A DNA stretch of 61,499 nt, the filler included, from Piptocephalis cylindrospora (Eukaryota): the NCBI GenBank assembly GCA_003614145.1. It is 3 parts of 3 records of this genome, joined end to end, with 100 filler letters (N's around TTAATTAATTAA, not from the genome) between each part and the next. Parts side by side here need not be neighbours in the genome. Positions count along the whole stretch, not along the records: positions 20,682 to 41,244 come from KZ987816.1; 2 more parts are not named here. One strand, 5' to 3'. Numbering within the stretch: position 1 is the first letter of the stretch; each line of letters starts with the position of its first letter. Made by a program: the position numbers and the translations under genes. The notes below the pieces were generated by a model, which was not told the DNA's origin, searched no databases, and saw nothing but the letters and a program-made list of their open reading frames with translations. Shown here one piece after another: positions 23,055-35,988 of this stretch.

Positions 23055-23311
23055 TGGAGGGGAGAGCGAGGTTTGGGCTTGATCGAGGAATGTGGGGAAA
23101 TCGTGAAATAGAGAGAATTGGATCAATGCAGAGATACAACGCGTATCCTCTATAACATTAGCAACAAACGGTATCAAGGTGACTACATCATTGCTTTTCC
23201 CACGAGATCAAGGATGACCTTTATAAAAGAATCAATCTAGTAAAGCGTGTAAACACGCCTTGCACATCGACACATTGAAAAAACACCACGATCCATCGTA
23301 AATAGCCGCAA

Positions 23312-24193
23312 TTATTGAGACTTGATCTTGTCCTTGGCAGCATCGACCTTCTTTTGGTAGGTCTCGATGAAGAACTGAACAAAGAGGAGAAGGTATGAGC
23401 TGATGGAGAAGCAACCGAAGAAGGCGGCAGTCTCAGTGCCAGCACAGGTGCCCATGCTGGGGAAGGAGGGGTAGTAGGTGGAGGCCCAGTAAGTGTAGGT
23501 GCAAAAGTAGATGATGCCAAGGTCAATGACAAACTGGGAGATTTGCAGAGTGGTGAGATGCTTCTTCCACCAGACGCGGATACCAAAGGAGGAGAGGAGG
23601 TAGTAGTAGTACATGATGATGTGGACAAAGAGGTTAAGGGCGATGGGGGCCCAGGAGACGGTAGTGCGACCTTGGAGCTGGAAAAAGCAGATAGTGAGAG
23701 TCATGCTATGGTGGTAGTAGTGGAGGAAGTCCAGAGGCTTCTTCTTGAGGACGAGAAGGACGGTGTCAAGAAGCTCGTAGTACTTGAAGAGGTAGTTGAT
23801 GTAGTAGAGAACCTCGAGACGCTGCGTCCAGGCGCTGGCATCGCACACGGAATAGAAGAAGCCGTGTTTGGCAATAATGGGGACAATTTCCTGGACCATA
23901 AGGCCAAAGAGAAGGGCTGAGCCGATAGTGAGGAGGAAGTTATGGATCCTACTCAGGGTGGGGAGGCGGAAAGGCTTGTCGACGTACCGACGCATGAGGA
24001 ACTGGCCGCCAAAAATGACAGCCAGGTAGAGGACACAGCTAATGACGACCTCATGAGGGGTGGAGAGCGGGGTGACGCCGGTGACAAACTTGAAGTCGGA
24101 GGCCTCCTGTCCGGTCAGCATCTTGTATGGGACGGTCAGAAACGAGTCAAGGTTAACCCCCCAGGGCTGTTCCAAGGAGAATCCAAAGCTCAT
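23312..24193 (-). CDS. Very-long-chain fatty acid elongase (GNS1/SUR4/ELO family), intronless
   Basis: KYYELLDT, FLHYYHH, NLFVHIIMYYYY and TTLQISQF motifs; C-terminal KxKxx ER-retrieval signal (KIKSQ). Confidence 0.95.
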   Translation of the reverse strand: MSFGFSLEQPWGVNLDSFLTVPYKMLTGQEASDFKFVTGVTPLSTPHEVVISCVLYLAVIFGGQFLMRRYVDKPFRLPTLSRIHNFLLTIGSALLFGLMVQEIVPIIAKHGFFYSVCDASAWTQRLEVLYYINYLFKYYELLDTVLLVLKKKPLDFLHYYHHSMTLTICFFQLQGRTTVSWAPIALNLFVHIIMYYYYLLSSFGIRVWWKKHLTTLQISQFVIDLGIIYFCTYTYWASTYYPSFPSMGTCAGTETAAFFGCFSISSYLLLFVQFFIETYQKKVDAAKDKIKSQ

Positions 24194-24358
24194 GGTAGGA
24201 AGGGGCGAATACGGGACTGAATGGAGGGGAGACGGGGGAGGGGGGAGTGTAGGGAAAAGAAAGGGAGGATGCGGGAGGGAGGGGCTGAGCGGTGGCCAGG
24301 ACCAATATTTATACATAGGCGACATGAAGGGTAAAGGGTGGAAAGTACAGTAAAATAA

Positions 24359-24490
24359 GTGTATATGTGTATGTGTATGTATGTGTATGTGTATGTGTAT
24401 GTGTGTATGTGTGTATGTGTGTATGTGTGTATGTGTGTATGTGTGTATGTGTGTATGTGTGTATGTGTGTATGTGTGTATGTGTGTGTGT
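24359..24490. repeat. ~130-bp (GTGTATGT)n / (GTAT)n alternating purine-pyrimidine tract upstream of the elongase
   Basis: The tandem repeat is directly visible. Confidence 0.95.
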
Positions 24491-25550
24491 TATCGGTGAG
24501 AAACAAAGCGGGTTGTGCTGTGGCGGGATGATTGTAAAGTAGAAAGGGAGAGAGGCTCAAGTCGCGTTTTTTTGCGTGAGGGAGAGGAGGGAGAGATGAG
24601 AGGTCATTTTTTGCCAGGGGAAGAGAAAACGTGGCGGAAGGGATGAATATTTTGAGGTCTTGCCCTCTGCCTTTCGCTCCTTGGTCTCGATAAATGCGTA
24701 TGTACAAGGGAACAACGCGCTTATGAACCACAGAGGAGGGCGGGCTCCGGTAGTCGGGGCGAGGGATTGAGCGGGTGTGGGAGCGGGAGTAGGGGCAAGA
24801 GGAATGAGCTGATGCTTCAAGGTGAAAGGCCGGGCCAGTGAAAGACCCAGCCCAGCCAATCATTTCTATTGGCATGTGGACGAGTTTTTTATATATGGAA
24901 TGTGGCACAGGAGAGGAAAAAAGAAGGTCGGAGGAAAAAAAAGAGAAATCTGGATCAGAATGGGATGCTCCTCCATCTAGCGCAGACTCTGTATAGGCAG
25001 TAAAGGGTACCGAGAAAAAACCACTCGCCTTCTCAACAGATCTAAGATAAGCACAAATGAGCGGTCCAATGAATGAGTCTAATACATTGCTTTTTCAGCT
25101 ATTCCTAGAAGAGGCGTCCTTTACGATTTCCAGTGCGGTCGTGGACTGATGGCTTATGGAGACAGGTAGGGGGGCGAGGGAAAGGGAGCAGAAAATAGCT
25201 CGGAGTTTACACTGCCAGGACTGGAAGAGGTCAGCAGCCAGATGCGTTGTGATAACCAGTGTGCTATGCTTCATTGTTATTCTTAGTATTAGACCTATGG
25301 GTTTCATGGATGATGACTGTTGACTTTGTTGATGGGTGGCGACTGGGCTGATCCTTGAGACGCTCAGCATGTGCACAAGGATAGTTTTGCGATGCGGAGT
25401 ATATGTTAAAAGGAAAAAGCATGACCCGGGTATCCTGTGTATGTGTGGATTGAACGAGACGTGACACGCCAAGGGCTCTTGTAAAGACATCAGCCATCAC
25501 GATCCTATCCGTATCGTTCTATTGCACTAGCTATCCTCATCCCCTTCTCA

Positions 25551-26959
25551 TCACACTTGTCGTTGATCCCATTGTGACAGGGCCTCGTGAAAGGCATCTT
25601 CCTCCTTGGCTGGCATGGGGTAGCAGTGTTCGGGGCCGGGGAAGCTCCCAGCTGTCACCTCTTTTCCGTATTGCTCCACAGCTCTAGCCATTTCCACGGA
25701 GAGCTGAGCATATTGCTTGCAGAATCTGGGAGGAAGGAGGGGGGGGGAGCAATAATCAGTATGGATGGCCTTGTCCATCCATCATTCCAAGTAGACGTAC
25801 CGTGGAAGGAACTTGTCAAAAATTCCTAACATGTCCATCATCACAAGGACCTGGCCGCTGCACTCTTGGCCTGCCCCAATGCCAATGGTAGGGATACTCA
25901 GCCGGTCGGTGACGGCCTTGGCAACGGGAGCCGGGACGGCTTCCAGGACAATACTCCAGCACCCAGCATCTTGCAAGGCCAAGGCATCTTCTAGTAAATG
26001 CATTGCCTACAAAGGAAGATGCATGAGATGGGGGAGAGGCGTAGCCGGGACTTCAACAACACCTACCTGACTGGCCGTCTTCCCCTGGACCCGGTAGCCC
26101 CCAAGAGCTGCCTGGGACTGGGGAGTGAGACCAATGTGACCCATGACCGGGATGCCCGCTCCTGTCATGGCCGAGATCCTTTCCTTGTACACACGTCCAC
26201 CCTCAAGTTTGATGGACTAGGGGGCAGGGAGAGAGGGGTAAGAGAGTGGTACAGCCCACATCATGACATATAGAGACTGCACAGGACATACTTCGACATT
26301 TCCTTCCTGCATCAGCCGACATGCATTTCTAATGGCTTGTTCTGTACTGGCTTGGTACGCGCCGAAAGGCAGATCTCCTATGAGAAAGGCCTTTTGAGCC
26401 CCACGAGATGTTGCGCTACAGTGGTGGATCATATCCTAATCGAAAGACGGGGGAGGAGGGAATGAGCGACCTAAGGGATCATAGAGCCGTTCCCTCAACC
26501 CAGATATCACACACCTACCTCCATGGTCACAGATGTGGTGGAATCATACCCGAGACACACCATCCCCAGGGAATCCCCAACGAGACACAGGTCCATGCCA
26601 GCTCGATCGACAATCAATCCTGTGGGGTAATCGTACGCCGTCAGCATGGTTATCGGTCGCTTCTCTCTCCATAGCTTTCGAATGGTCGTCAGTGTCACTT
26701 TTTTCCGGGCGGCTTCCTCTCCCTCTTTGCTAGCAGGCGCTGACGCTGGATGAGAGCTGTATGTCCGCCTCGCCCCTCCTCCAAAGGACAGGTCTTGGCC
26801 ATCCGCGTGGGACAAGCGTGCCTCTGGAGTACGGGTAACGACTCCCAGATGACGGTACCCTAGTCCTTGAGTCTTGGCCCCACCAACTCTCCCATTTGCG
26901 CGGGTCAGTAGTGAACGGGCAGCTGGAAGGGTGCGGACGAGACGACCAAGAGATGCCAT
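25551..26959 (-). CDS. ECM31: 3-methyl-2-oxobutanoate (ketopantoate) hydroxymethyltransferase PanB, mitochondrial, multi-exon
   Basis: Presequence [80 protein letters not shown]. Confidence 0.96.
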
Positions 26960-27790
26960 GGGAATAACTAGAATGGGGGTATGGATGGAGTATGGGGTGC
27001 CTAGCGTATGGCGAATAAATAACGGTGCGGCTTGAGGATGAGAGAGGAAGGACGAAAAGTGGGCTTGCTCTTCTCTTGTCTCCTCTTCCCATCTCACCTC
27101 TTACCTCCTATCTCTCACCTCTCGGCTAATCATGCTCCAGACCAGGAACTGTATCGTTTCATTCCCCGAGTCAAGGCGTAAGTGTCGTGCCGACTTGGGC
27201 TGGGTCAGTCCTCCCTTACTCCCTCTCCATCTTCCTCTCATTCTTCCTGACTCATCTGGTCTTACACACACACGCACACACACATCCCCTTGCCTCTCTT
27301 TTCTGACTCGCTAGGTGTTGTCACCTCAGCTCTTGTGGGAAACGCGGGGAAGGAATAACCCGAGGGGTTCTCCACTTGAACTTGACCTGACTCTTTCCCA
27401 AGGACGCTTGACTGCACCACGGTCTCACTTCCCCACATCTTCCTAATTGAGGGATCGTGTCTCTATCCGAGGAAGGCGCGCGTCTATCACCTTTTTGTGG
27501 GAAGCATTACGCGAAATGAGCCGGCGGGACAGGGTTCTGGTAGCCGTATACTAAGAGTCTGGGACGGGGTATTATGCCTGTCCCACCAGGGATGATCTAC
27601 AGTGTATACATAAGAATGCTGACAAAGGAAACCCAGCCATGGGCTGACAGAGAGAGAGAGAGAGATGTCTATATATATGAAACTTGAATAGAACTGTCAA
27701 ATCACCTCCCCTACTAAATTCATCTATCCATCAACCCTACGTTGCATTCTTTCCAGCTCCCTTCACCACTTCCCCTCCCCCTCTCTTCCC

Positions 27791-28510
27791 ATGTCGCAGA
27801 ACCAGCAATACCCTTCTGAAGAAGAAAGAAGGCGCCTCTTCCGGGAAAAGGCAGCCTTGCCCAAGGGCCAGGGGTGGGAAGAGCTATGGAAGGACGGCCT
27901 GACTCCATGGTGCAACGACCGACCAGCTCCTAGTGTGGAGGCTTTTGTTCGGTCAAACAAGATTCAGCTCCCGACTGGTCGATACCTGGTTCCGGGGTGC
28001 GGAATAGGCCATGAGGTCTACATGTATGCCTCTCTTCCCCAGTGCAAGGAGGCCTGGGGCGTGGATATCAGCGCAACCGCCATGGAACATGCTAATCGCG
28101 ACTTGGCCTCCAGGAATCTCGAGCACCATGGAAGGGATATTGGTCTGGAAAAGGTTCGATTCAAGGTCGTGGACCTGTTTTCCCCTGCCCCTTCTTCCCT
28201 CCCCATCGAACCCTTTGACTTGGTCCATGATTACACCTTTCTGTGTGCCTTGCCCCCAGCCATGAGGCCCGCTTGGGCTACCCGTATTACCGAGCTCACT
28301 CGGCCTGGTGGTCTCCTCATTGCCCTGGCTTTTCCCCTAGATGATCACATCGGAGGTCCTCCCTATTCCCTTAACATGTCCATCTATCATGACCTCCTGG
28401 ATCCAGGCTTTGAACTCATTTATGAACAAGTCCCCGAAGAGAGCCTCCCCGGGAGAGAGGGGAAGGAGCGACTGACCGTATGGAGAAGAAAGGGGGGTGT
28501 TGTCGAATAA
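27791..28510 (+). CDS. SAM-dependent methyltransferase, TPMT / halide-thiol (HOL1-like) family, intronless
   Basis: GWEELWKDGLTPW; LVPGCGIGHEV; GVDIS; FDLVHDYTFLCALPPAMRPAWA; RPGGLLIALAFP; GGPPY. Confidence 0.9.
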   Translation: MSQNQQYPSEEERRRLFREKAALPKGQGWEELWKDGLTPWCNDRPAPSVEAFVRSNKIQLPTGRYLVPGCGIGHEVYMYASLPQCKEAWGVDISATAMEHANRDLASRNLEHHGRDIGLEKVRFKVVDLFSPAPSSLPIEPFDLVHDYTFLCALPPAMRPAWATRITELTRPGGLLIALAFPLDDHIGGPPYSLNMSIYHDLLDPGFELIYEQVPEESLPGREGKERLTVWRRKGGVVE

Positions 28511-28676
28511 GGCTCACATGGGCCCGTGTGCTCAATACATCTGGTTAAGATCTTCCAGATTCTTATCATCCTAACATACATGGTCCATTTAACTAATGAT
28601 TCTTTTCATTCTTTTTAATCATCTCAAATCAATCATCTTCATCCATCCCATCCCATCCACATCACACTTTCACATA

Positions 28677-31600
28677 TCAGTAAGCTGAGCCGAGAGATAT
28701 GGATCCGAGAAGTCCGCCTCCTCCCTGATCAGCAAGGGAGGTGCCGTTTTGTTGATAGAGGACGGATCGTAGGTGCTGGAGCAGGACCTGGATAAACTCT
28801 TCCCTCCCCACGCCTCCACCATGGCCCGAAGGCCTATCCTCACCCATCCCGGGGGGTAGGCTTTCCCAAGTGATCTGCCGCACCTTTTTAATCCAGTCAT
28901 CCACAAGGATCGACGCCGTATTCCGAAGGGACACCATCACCGAGGGAGGGAGCCTGACTCGTGACTTCTCCGGCCCAAGCGTTGCCTTGGATCGGTATAC
29001 CGTGGCATTAAACATCGACCGGGTCATCGCCCCTCCCATTCCGTTTCCGCCCTCCTCGGCCCCCAAAGATGTCGTAAGGGAGCCTGACGTCGAGGAGGAC
29101 GTCTCCAGATAGTAAAAGAGATGCTGGGTAAAGAGAAGTGTCGATGCCTCCACCATCCCCAATGCCACCTCGATTCTTTTGGTTAAGGCTGGGAGAAACC
29201 GTGTCCTCATCTCATTCACACCTTCCCGTAGCGTCCCTGGCCCCATCTCTTCCATCTTGCTCAATTTGTCTTGTAATTCCTTACCCAGCTCAGCTTGAGC
29301 GCCCTCCCCCTCCTCATCCTCCATCCAGTACAGCATGAGGAGCTAATAGGAAAAGAAAGAGAGTAAGCTTTCACGTTTCAGTATCCACTTCAAACTCATT
29401 CAGCCCAACTTACCTCTTTGACCTTGGAGGAGGAGGCCCTGGTAGGATCCTTCAGAATCTGTTGCAAATCTTCATACGTCAGCGTATCGCAAGAAAGGTC
29501 ACTAAACGCATTCTTGGTGATTAGCACCAGGTGGGACAAAGAAAATGAATCTAAGCCATCAAAGGAAGGTGAGCGCTTTGACCATCATCACATGGGCACT
29601 TCTCAATCATTTCACACTGTATCTTTAATCCTTACCTTTGGAAGGCTCCGAAGAGTTCAGCACTGGCGTGATCAGAGGACGGGTAAGGACCCCAGGGAAT
29701 CCAAAATTCCCCTGGACTCCAATTGATTTTTCCGTAAAGAAGAGAGCATGCCGTAGCATGCGGTTCACCACCACCCCTGCTCTCCTTCGCAGTGGGCTTG
29801 TTCCCACGGGCCCATTGGACACTAAGAGAAAGAGATAGTATGAGAGATGAGTTCTAAACCTTGGAACTTCTTCCCAATCTCTTGCAAAGCCAGGCCACCT
29901 ACCCTTCTCAAGCCCTCGTTCGTTCACCTCAGGAACCAGGGTATCAGACCATCCTTGTCCCCCAAAGTGAGTCAGGACCTGGAGGGGTAGGGAATTGAGG
30001 GATGCCGGGAGCCGCTGGACCCGATCATCTACACACCCGGCCAGGATTCCCATAATATGCTCGAGAACCCGTAGACCCCCAAGTCGGGTTCCACCGCGAC
30101 CGCACACCTCCCGATCCACTCGAATCAATCCTTCCTGGTGTGTGCTCATCAGTGTACACACCCGATCCTTGATTCCTCCTCCCTCTTCTCCCCATCCCCT
30201 GCTTGTGCCATCTCTCTCCTCGGGTCCGTCCTCTATCCCTTCCAGGGATAGATCGGTCTCCCAAGCCGTAGTGCCTGTGAGGAGGAGACGGACAAGGCGA
30301 AGGGTCCGGTCCATCAAATGAAGATAGGTGGGAGACAACCGCCCATCCCCTCCTTCCCTAGGGTCCCGGCGACCTCCAAGACTCAGGAAAGACATGTCTC
30401 CAAGGGCCTCAAGGAGCCCTGCCTCCATCAGCGCCATCGATCCTTTCCGGGTGGAGGCCATTGTGGAAAAGAGAGAAAGTCGACCGAGATAGAGATGCAC
30501 GGCCTTTTCTCCCAGTTGACGTCGATTCACCTCTTCTTCTCCCTCCTCCTCCACCTTTCCTTGGCCCAGAATACTTCCATCCCCCGCGGTTTGAGAGGTT
30601 CGTTGGGTAGCAAGGTAAGAAAGAAGAAAGGTGTCAAGGGATCGAACCTGATGGATGAGGGCACGAAGTGCCTGCCATCGCACCAGCTGATCCTGGATAA
30701 TGTGGCTGCCCCCGTCCCCCTGCCCATTACCACATTCTTCCTGAAGGAGAAGTGCATTAAGGAGAGAGGTTCCGAGAATCATCCATTCCTCTCCTCCGCT
30801 TTCCAATGCATCCTGGGCGGCCTGACGGAGAACAGCTTGTAATGGGCCAGAGCCCGTTCCGATCCCCCAATCTCCTCCCATTACCCCGGATCGGATGTCC
30901 TCGTGGCCCAGGAGGGCTAGAAGGGCTCCGGCAAGGTATCCTCTGGCCTGAATCCCTTCCCCGATACCCCCACGGCCTGAGGCGTATACAGAAAGGACTT
31001 CGGCCACCACCTCCTCTCGACCTTGCAGAATCGGATGAGTGGAAGAGACGAGAGTTAGGGAGGCCAGGGATTCCACAACTCGTACAGGCAAGTCTCCACG
31101 ACCGGCCCATTGAACTGAGCGGGTACACAGGGCCTGAATCACCTCCCCCTCCTTTTCCCCTGCTTCGGCAGTGATGCCAAGGGTCTTACCCCGAGCCAAG
31201 GCCGCTTGCACAGCTTGACTCCAGGATTCCACCAGGGTGTAGGCCGAGTGGTATAGGGCCCTTTGTCGGTTGTGGGTAAAGCCCAGGCGCATCCCTGCCC
31301 GGATACCCCCACCACTGGGGGAAAGGGCAGTAGCCCAAGGATTAGAATCCTCCACCCCTCGGATCAGAGTTGAATGAGGAGCGGTGGTGAGAGTATGGTA
31401 GAGGAGATCTAGATTAAGACGGGGACAGCCACGATCATCCTGGCCCTCACACGCCTCGACGACTGGGGGAAGGGCCCAGCCCAGAAGGGGGCTTGGAGAG
31501 GCGGCGGCCTCCTCAGCTGGATGGACCATCCCAAGGAAGGAGAGTACTCGAGGATCCCATCCGCCCATCCGCTTTGCTAAAGCCTTTTCAGTGGTTGGAT

Positions 31601-34600
31601 CTGCTAGGCCTGAGATCAAAAGGACCGAGGAGGCCTTGAGTAACCAAGCTTGTTGGTAGACTCGAAGGGCCAGAGCTCTACGGTCCCCATCATCTCCCTC
31701 CCCGGCTTTCTCTCCCCCCTCCATGGCCTCCTCCAGGCCCTGAAGGACCCATTCCCCGAGTAAGGGGGAAAGAGGTCGAGCAGTCCTGGAGGAGGTCAAG
31801 AGGGATAGGACGAGTGAATGGGCCATTTCCGTTAGCTCCTGTCCACCTGACCCTTGCATAAGACGGGAAAGAGCCCCAAGGCAGCTTCCTCCCTGATCCA
31901 GGAGGGATGGGGAAGAGGTGTGGGCCTGAGTCAGGTTTAGACCCAGGAAAAAGTGGGCAGTGTTAGTCCCATCTTCCACGCCGTCCATGAGCAGACGTAG
32001 GATCCCCATGGCCACTTGAGAAGCTTCTCTTCCGGCTTCAATCTCAACATCTTCCAGTCCCGTGGAGATCCCATCTCCTTCCTCTGCTAAAAGGCCTCGA
32101 AGTAGGCCTGGACGATCCAGGGCATCCATAACTCCGTATCGGATCCGACGAGCATACCCACTGGCCTCAAGAACAATGGCTAGGCGATGGGACCCCTGTC
32201 CACCAGCCCGAGCAAGGGCCCGAAGAAGACGAACAGCATGCTTCCCCACTCCATCAGCCCCATCTAGACGGATAGCCAAGGCCACTGAGACCAAAGCTTC
32301 TGGAGTTGTGGCCCATAGGGTCTCCAGGCGATCCAGGGGCCCAGGAAGGGCCCAGGCCAATGAAGTGGACGGGCTAGGATCAGGTCCGACCCCCTCCTGT
32401 CTCTCCCCCATGATGGAGGAGGGAGCGGTGGAGAAGGCAAGACCGGTGAGCGAGGAGGCTTGGGAAGTGACCGAGAGGAGATGAGGGATAAAACCCTCAA
32501 GGTAGATAGATTGAACTTGGAGGACCTGAGTGAAAAAGGAGAGGATACGACCGAGCATCCACTTACGCATCTGCCCTTCCTCCTCCCCCTCCTCATCCTC
32601 ATTATTACCAGCAGCTTTTGTTCCAGTCTGGGAATAGGTATCTTGTTTCACCTCAACTCGCATGGCCAATTGAACTAAGAGAAGAAGCTCATCCAAAAGG
32701 GCTTCACCTCCAAGGATCATGGTGAGGATAGCGTGGCCCGGATTGAGAGCCACCTTCCACAGTCCATCCATGCTCAAGGATTCCCCAGAGTCCTTAGTGG
32801 ATAAGGCCCGAGTGTATTCGGAGAGATCTAGAGTGGTGACACACCTTTCTAGCAATGATACAGCCTGGCCCACTATCAACCATCTTTCCCCAGCCCGAAC
32901 ATGATGACGAGTCCGGGCACGAAGAAGAATGTGACGGATGACAAACTTGATGTAGGGAGTAACTCCCGAACGGACCTGAGAAGGGAGGCGGCGGCCGGAC
33001 CCGAGACTAAGGGGAACTGAAGGTGATTCCTTTCCTTGGATGCCCGAAGGATATATGAGGGAGAGGAGAAGGGCGGTAAAGGCTCGGGCCTCCTCATGCC
33101 TTCCTTCTCGAACCTCAGCTTCGTCCAATTCAGCAGCAAAGGCTCCTCCTTCCACATCCAGGGAAGGAGTGGAGGTGGGGACCATCTGACTTTTCTCAAG
33201 GAGGAGCCAGATCTCAAGGGAGGTCCTTAGGTCTCTTTCGGTACCTTGAAGCAGGACTAGTTCGTCCTGGGTCTGATCATCCATGGTACGAGGGCTTCCT
33301 AGAGAGTTCTGTCCTTTCCAGATCCTTTGATTCACCCGTGGGTCCTGGCCTCCAGTTAGGGCGGAGAGGGCCCAAAGCGCCGAGGCCTTTAGGGCACGGG
33401 GGACACCCGAAGAACCCACGAGGCCAAAGAGCCGATCCAAGGCTTGCCAATCTTTAGTCTCGACCACCTCTCTCCTAGCTTCCTGGGAGCCCTTGGCTAC
33501 GGCATAGAGGAGGTCAAGGAAGGGGGAGAGGACGGTAGCCTCGGAGTCGGCCATTCGCCTCCCCCCAATCCAGGCGCCCTCGGCGGTATAGGATCGAAGG
33601 ACGGCAAACAAATGGGGCCAGGTGCAAAGGGAGGGGCGTGGCCCAGAAGTGGGGGCCATATTCCTACCCCCACTCTCTTCCCGGGCTTGTCCAGGGACGT
33701 GCCGAATACCGATACGATGCTGCATGAAACTAGCGGCTCCGGCAGCCCCCCTCTGGCCTCCCGCCAGGGCAGTGAGCATGCGGAGGCAAGCGGCTAAAAT
33801 ATGAGGGGTCCTGGACTGAGTGGACCATTCTAGGAAACCTGCGGCTCTTTCCGCTCCCCACCAGGCACTTCCAGCGTCTCCGCGATCCCTGTAGACGGCA
33901 GCAATGAGATCAAATACCCCATCGATTCCCGGTGCATCTCCTATTGCTATGAACATCAATAGGGAGGGATGGAATGATGAGTGAGATGTAGAATTTGGGT
34001 CCTCTCCTTGCCCTGGACTTACCCTTCTCTTTGTCCTTGGAGGACTTGTCATCGCCTGTGCCAAGGAAGACATGGGCTTCCTCTAGGGACATTTCACCTT
34101 GCTGCTTCAGATACCTGAGGGGTTCTGTGAGATAATAGACAATGCGTTGGAGGAAAGGTTCAAGTTGATCAAGGACCATGTCCTGGTCTTCACGATGCTT
34201 TCGGAATTCTTCGATACTGGTGTACCGCAGGGACGTGGTACCCATGATAGGTTCACCACGGACGGCTCTGACCAAGTGATCCCTGGCGTAGAGCATAGCT
34301 CCTGACCGAACTGACAGGGTGAAAATTCTATTGGCCGTCTCATCCTTCCAACCCATACGTCGTGCCAGGGCAGGGTGACGGTCGGTGGCGCGGGTGATGG
34401 CGAGAATTAGTTGGATGGCGAGAAGACCCCTCATGCCTTCGTCTCTCCACGGGATGACATCTATGAGGAAGGAGGGGGGGAGGAGGGGGGTGAGTAGAAG
34501 GCAGGAAAGGTAAGGTTCCCTTTCCCAGTGTAACATACTTGGGCCGGGGAAGAGGACTTTGGAAAGACGCTCGATGAGACTGGCATCCTCGGCAACATCT

Positions 34601-35481
34601 CTACCGGCCTGGCCAAGGCCTAGGCTACGTCCAAAGGAGGAGGAGGAGTCCAGGGAATCTTGATTGGAATGGGAATGGAGAGGCCTGTCAGAGGGAGCAT
34701 CGAGACCAGCCATAATGGCAGAGATGAGAAAGATGCATTCCTGGGATCTTCCCTGGGCCTTGGCCAGATGATCTACAAGGATGAGGATACCATCCCCACC
34801 AAGGATTTGACCGACTCCAGCCCAGTAAAGGGCATGTCCAAGAAGTTGAGCTTCCCTACGACGGTAGACTTGATGAAAAAGTTCTTTCGTTTGCTCTGGA
34901 GCGGAATCGGAAGGAGGGTCGCTCTTGATGTGATTGATGATCTTGGGGATCCAATCAGCCTGGAGGATGCTAGTGACGGTAGACTTGGCAACATCGCGCA
35001 CTTCGGCGACGGGGTGACGGGCCACGGTCCAGAGGAGGAGGGAGAGGGCACGGGCACGCTGGAGTCGTTCCTCCCAGCAGCAGACTTGGGCAGCCTCTGA
35101 AGGGGACCTATCAAGCCGACTGGCATAGTCTTGGCCTGTTAAATACCATCCAGCGGCTTCGACAAAATCGATGGACAGGGAAGTGGCAATGTGAAGGATG
35201 GACTCCTTGCTCTCCTTGGGCAGACTGGGCAGATTGGAGTCGCCGATGGACAAGGGTTTTCCAGCGTCAAGATCCTGCTGGGCCTGCTGATTTTTAGGAG
35301 ATTTGAGATCAGCTTTGGTAAAGAGGGAGGCAAAAGGGGGAACGTAGATTTGGAGAGTTTCACTCAAGGTCTCCAGAGATTCCCTGGAGGGACGATGGTG
35401 GCGAGTGGTTTCAAGAAGGCAGGTGAGATCCTTCCACATGGTAGGCCACCACCGGAGATTATCCGGTTGGGATGGTGGCAT
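28677..35481 (-). CDS. NUP192: Large scaffold nucleoporin Nup192/NUP205, multi-exon
   Basis: A helical protein of ~2100 aa spanning ORFs 33910-35481, 29625-34073 and 28677-29336. Motifs include LRYLKQQGE, FDLIAAVYRDR, MLTALAGG, ELDEAEVREGRHEEARAF, SLGSGRR..GVTPYIKFV, NTAHFFLG and LMEAGLLEAL. The sequence is divergent, so the assignment rests on motif resemblance. Confidence 0.8.
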
Positions 35482-35988
35482 AGTATGAGTTGGATGGGAG
35501 GGGGGAAGGGGGAGGGGGGGGAGAGGGAAGGATTTGAGAGGAAGAGTGAAGGGAAGGAAGATGGGGAAATGACAACAACAAAGAGCGGGGGCGTCAAGTG
35601 GCGGTCAAGATACAGGACTCGCGACCACTGATGTTTGAGAGGAGAGGGAGGAGCGCGTAGAGGAAAAGCCTGTTGATGAGGAGGAGGCCATCCTTTAGCG
35701 TGATGTTGCTGTTACTACTATTGAGATGCTGGGGACAGGTCATGGCTCTCTCCGCCCCTGGCCTCAGACAGCTTAGGGTTGCGACCTGCAGAAATTAGCG
35801 CGTGCACAACAGTTCAGACTGCGCAGTGAAAAAAGGCCAGATTGTTTTTAAACGCGAGCAGAATAATGATTTTTCGTCCTGGGAGATTTCTTAGGCATGA
35901 GGACCTGCTACTCTGATCCCCAGACTAAGCGTTGAGCTCACTGACATTATCTTTTTATTTTCTATTTTCTCTCTCTCTCATACCGGTC

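Noticed and set aside
24309..24908. 199-aa ORF with THIHTY repeats
   Set aside because: Translation of the microsatellite and promoter DNA; no coding signature.
25308..25354. C/D-box-like GGATGATGA...CTGATCC with terminal stem
   Set aside because: Only ~47 nt, with no convincing C'/D' boxes and no rRNA complementarity that I can identify.
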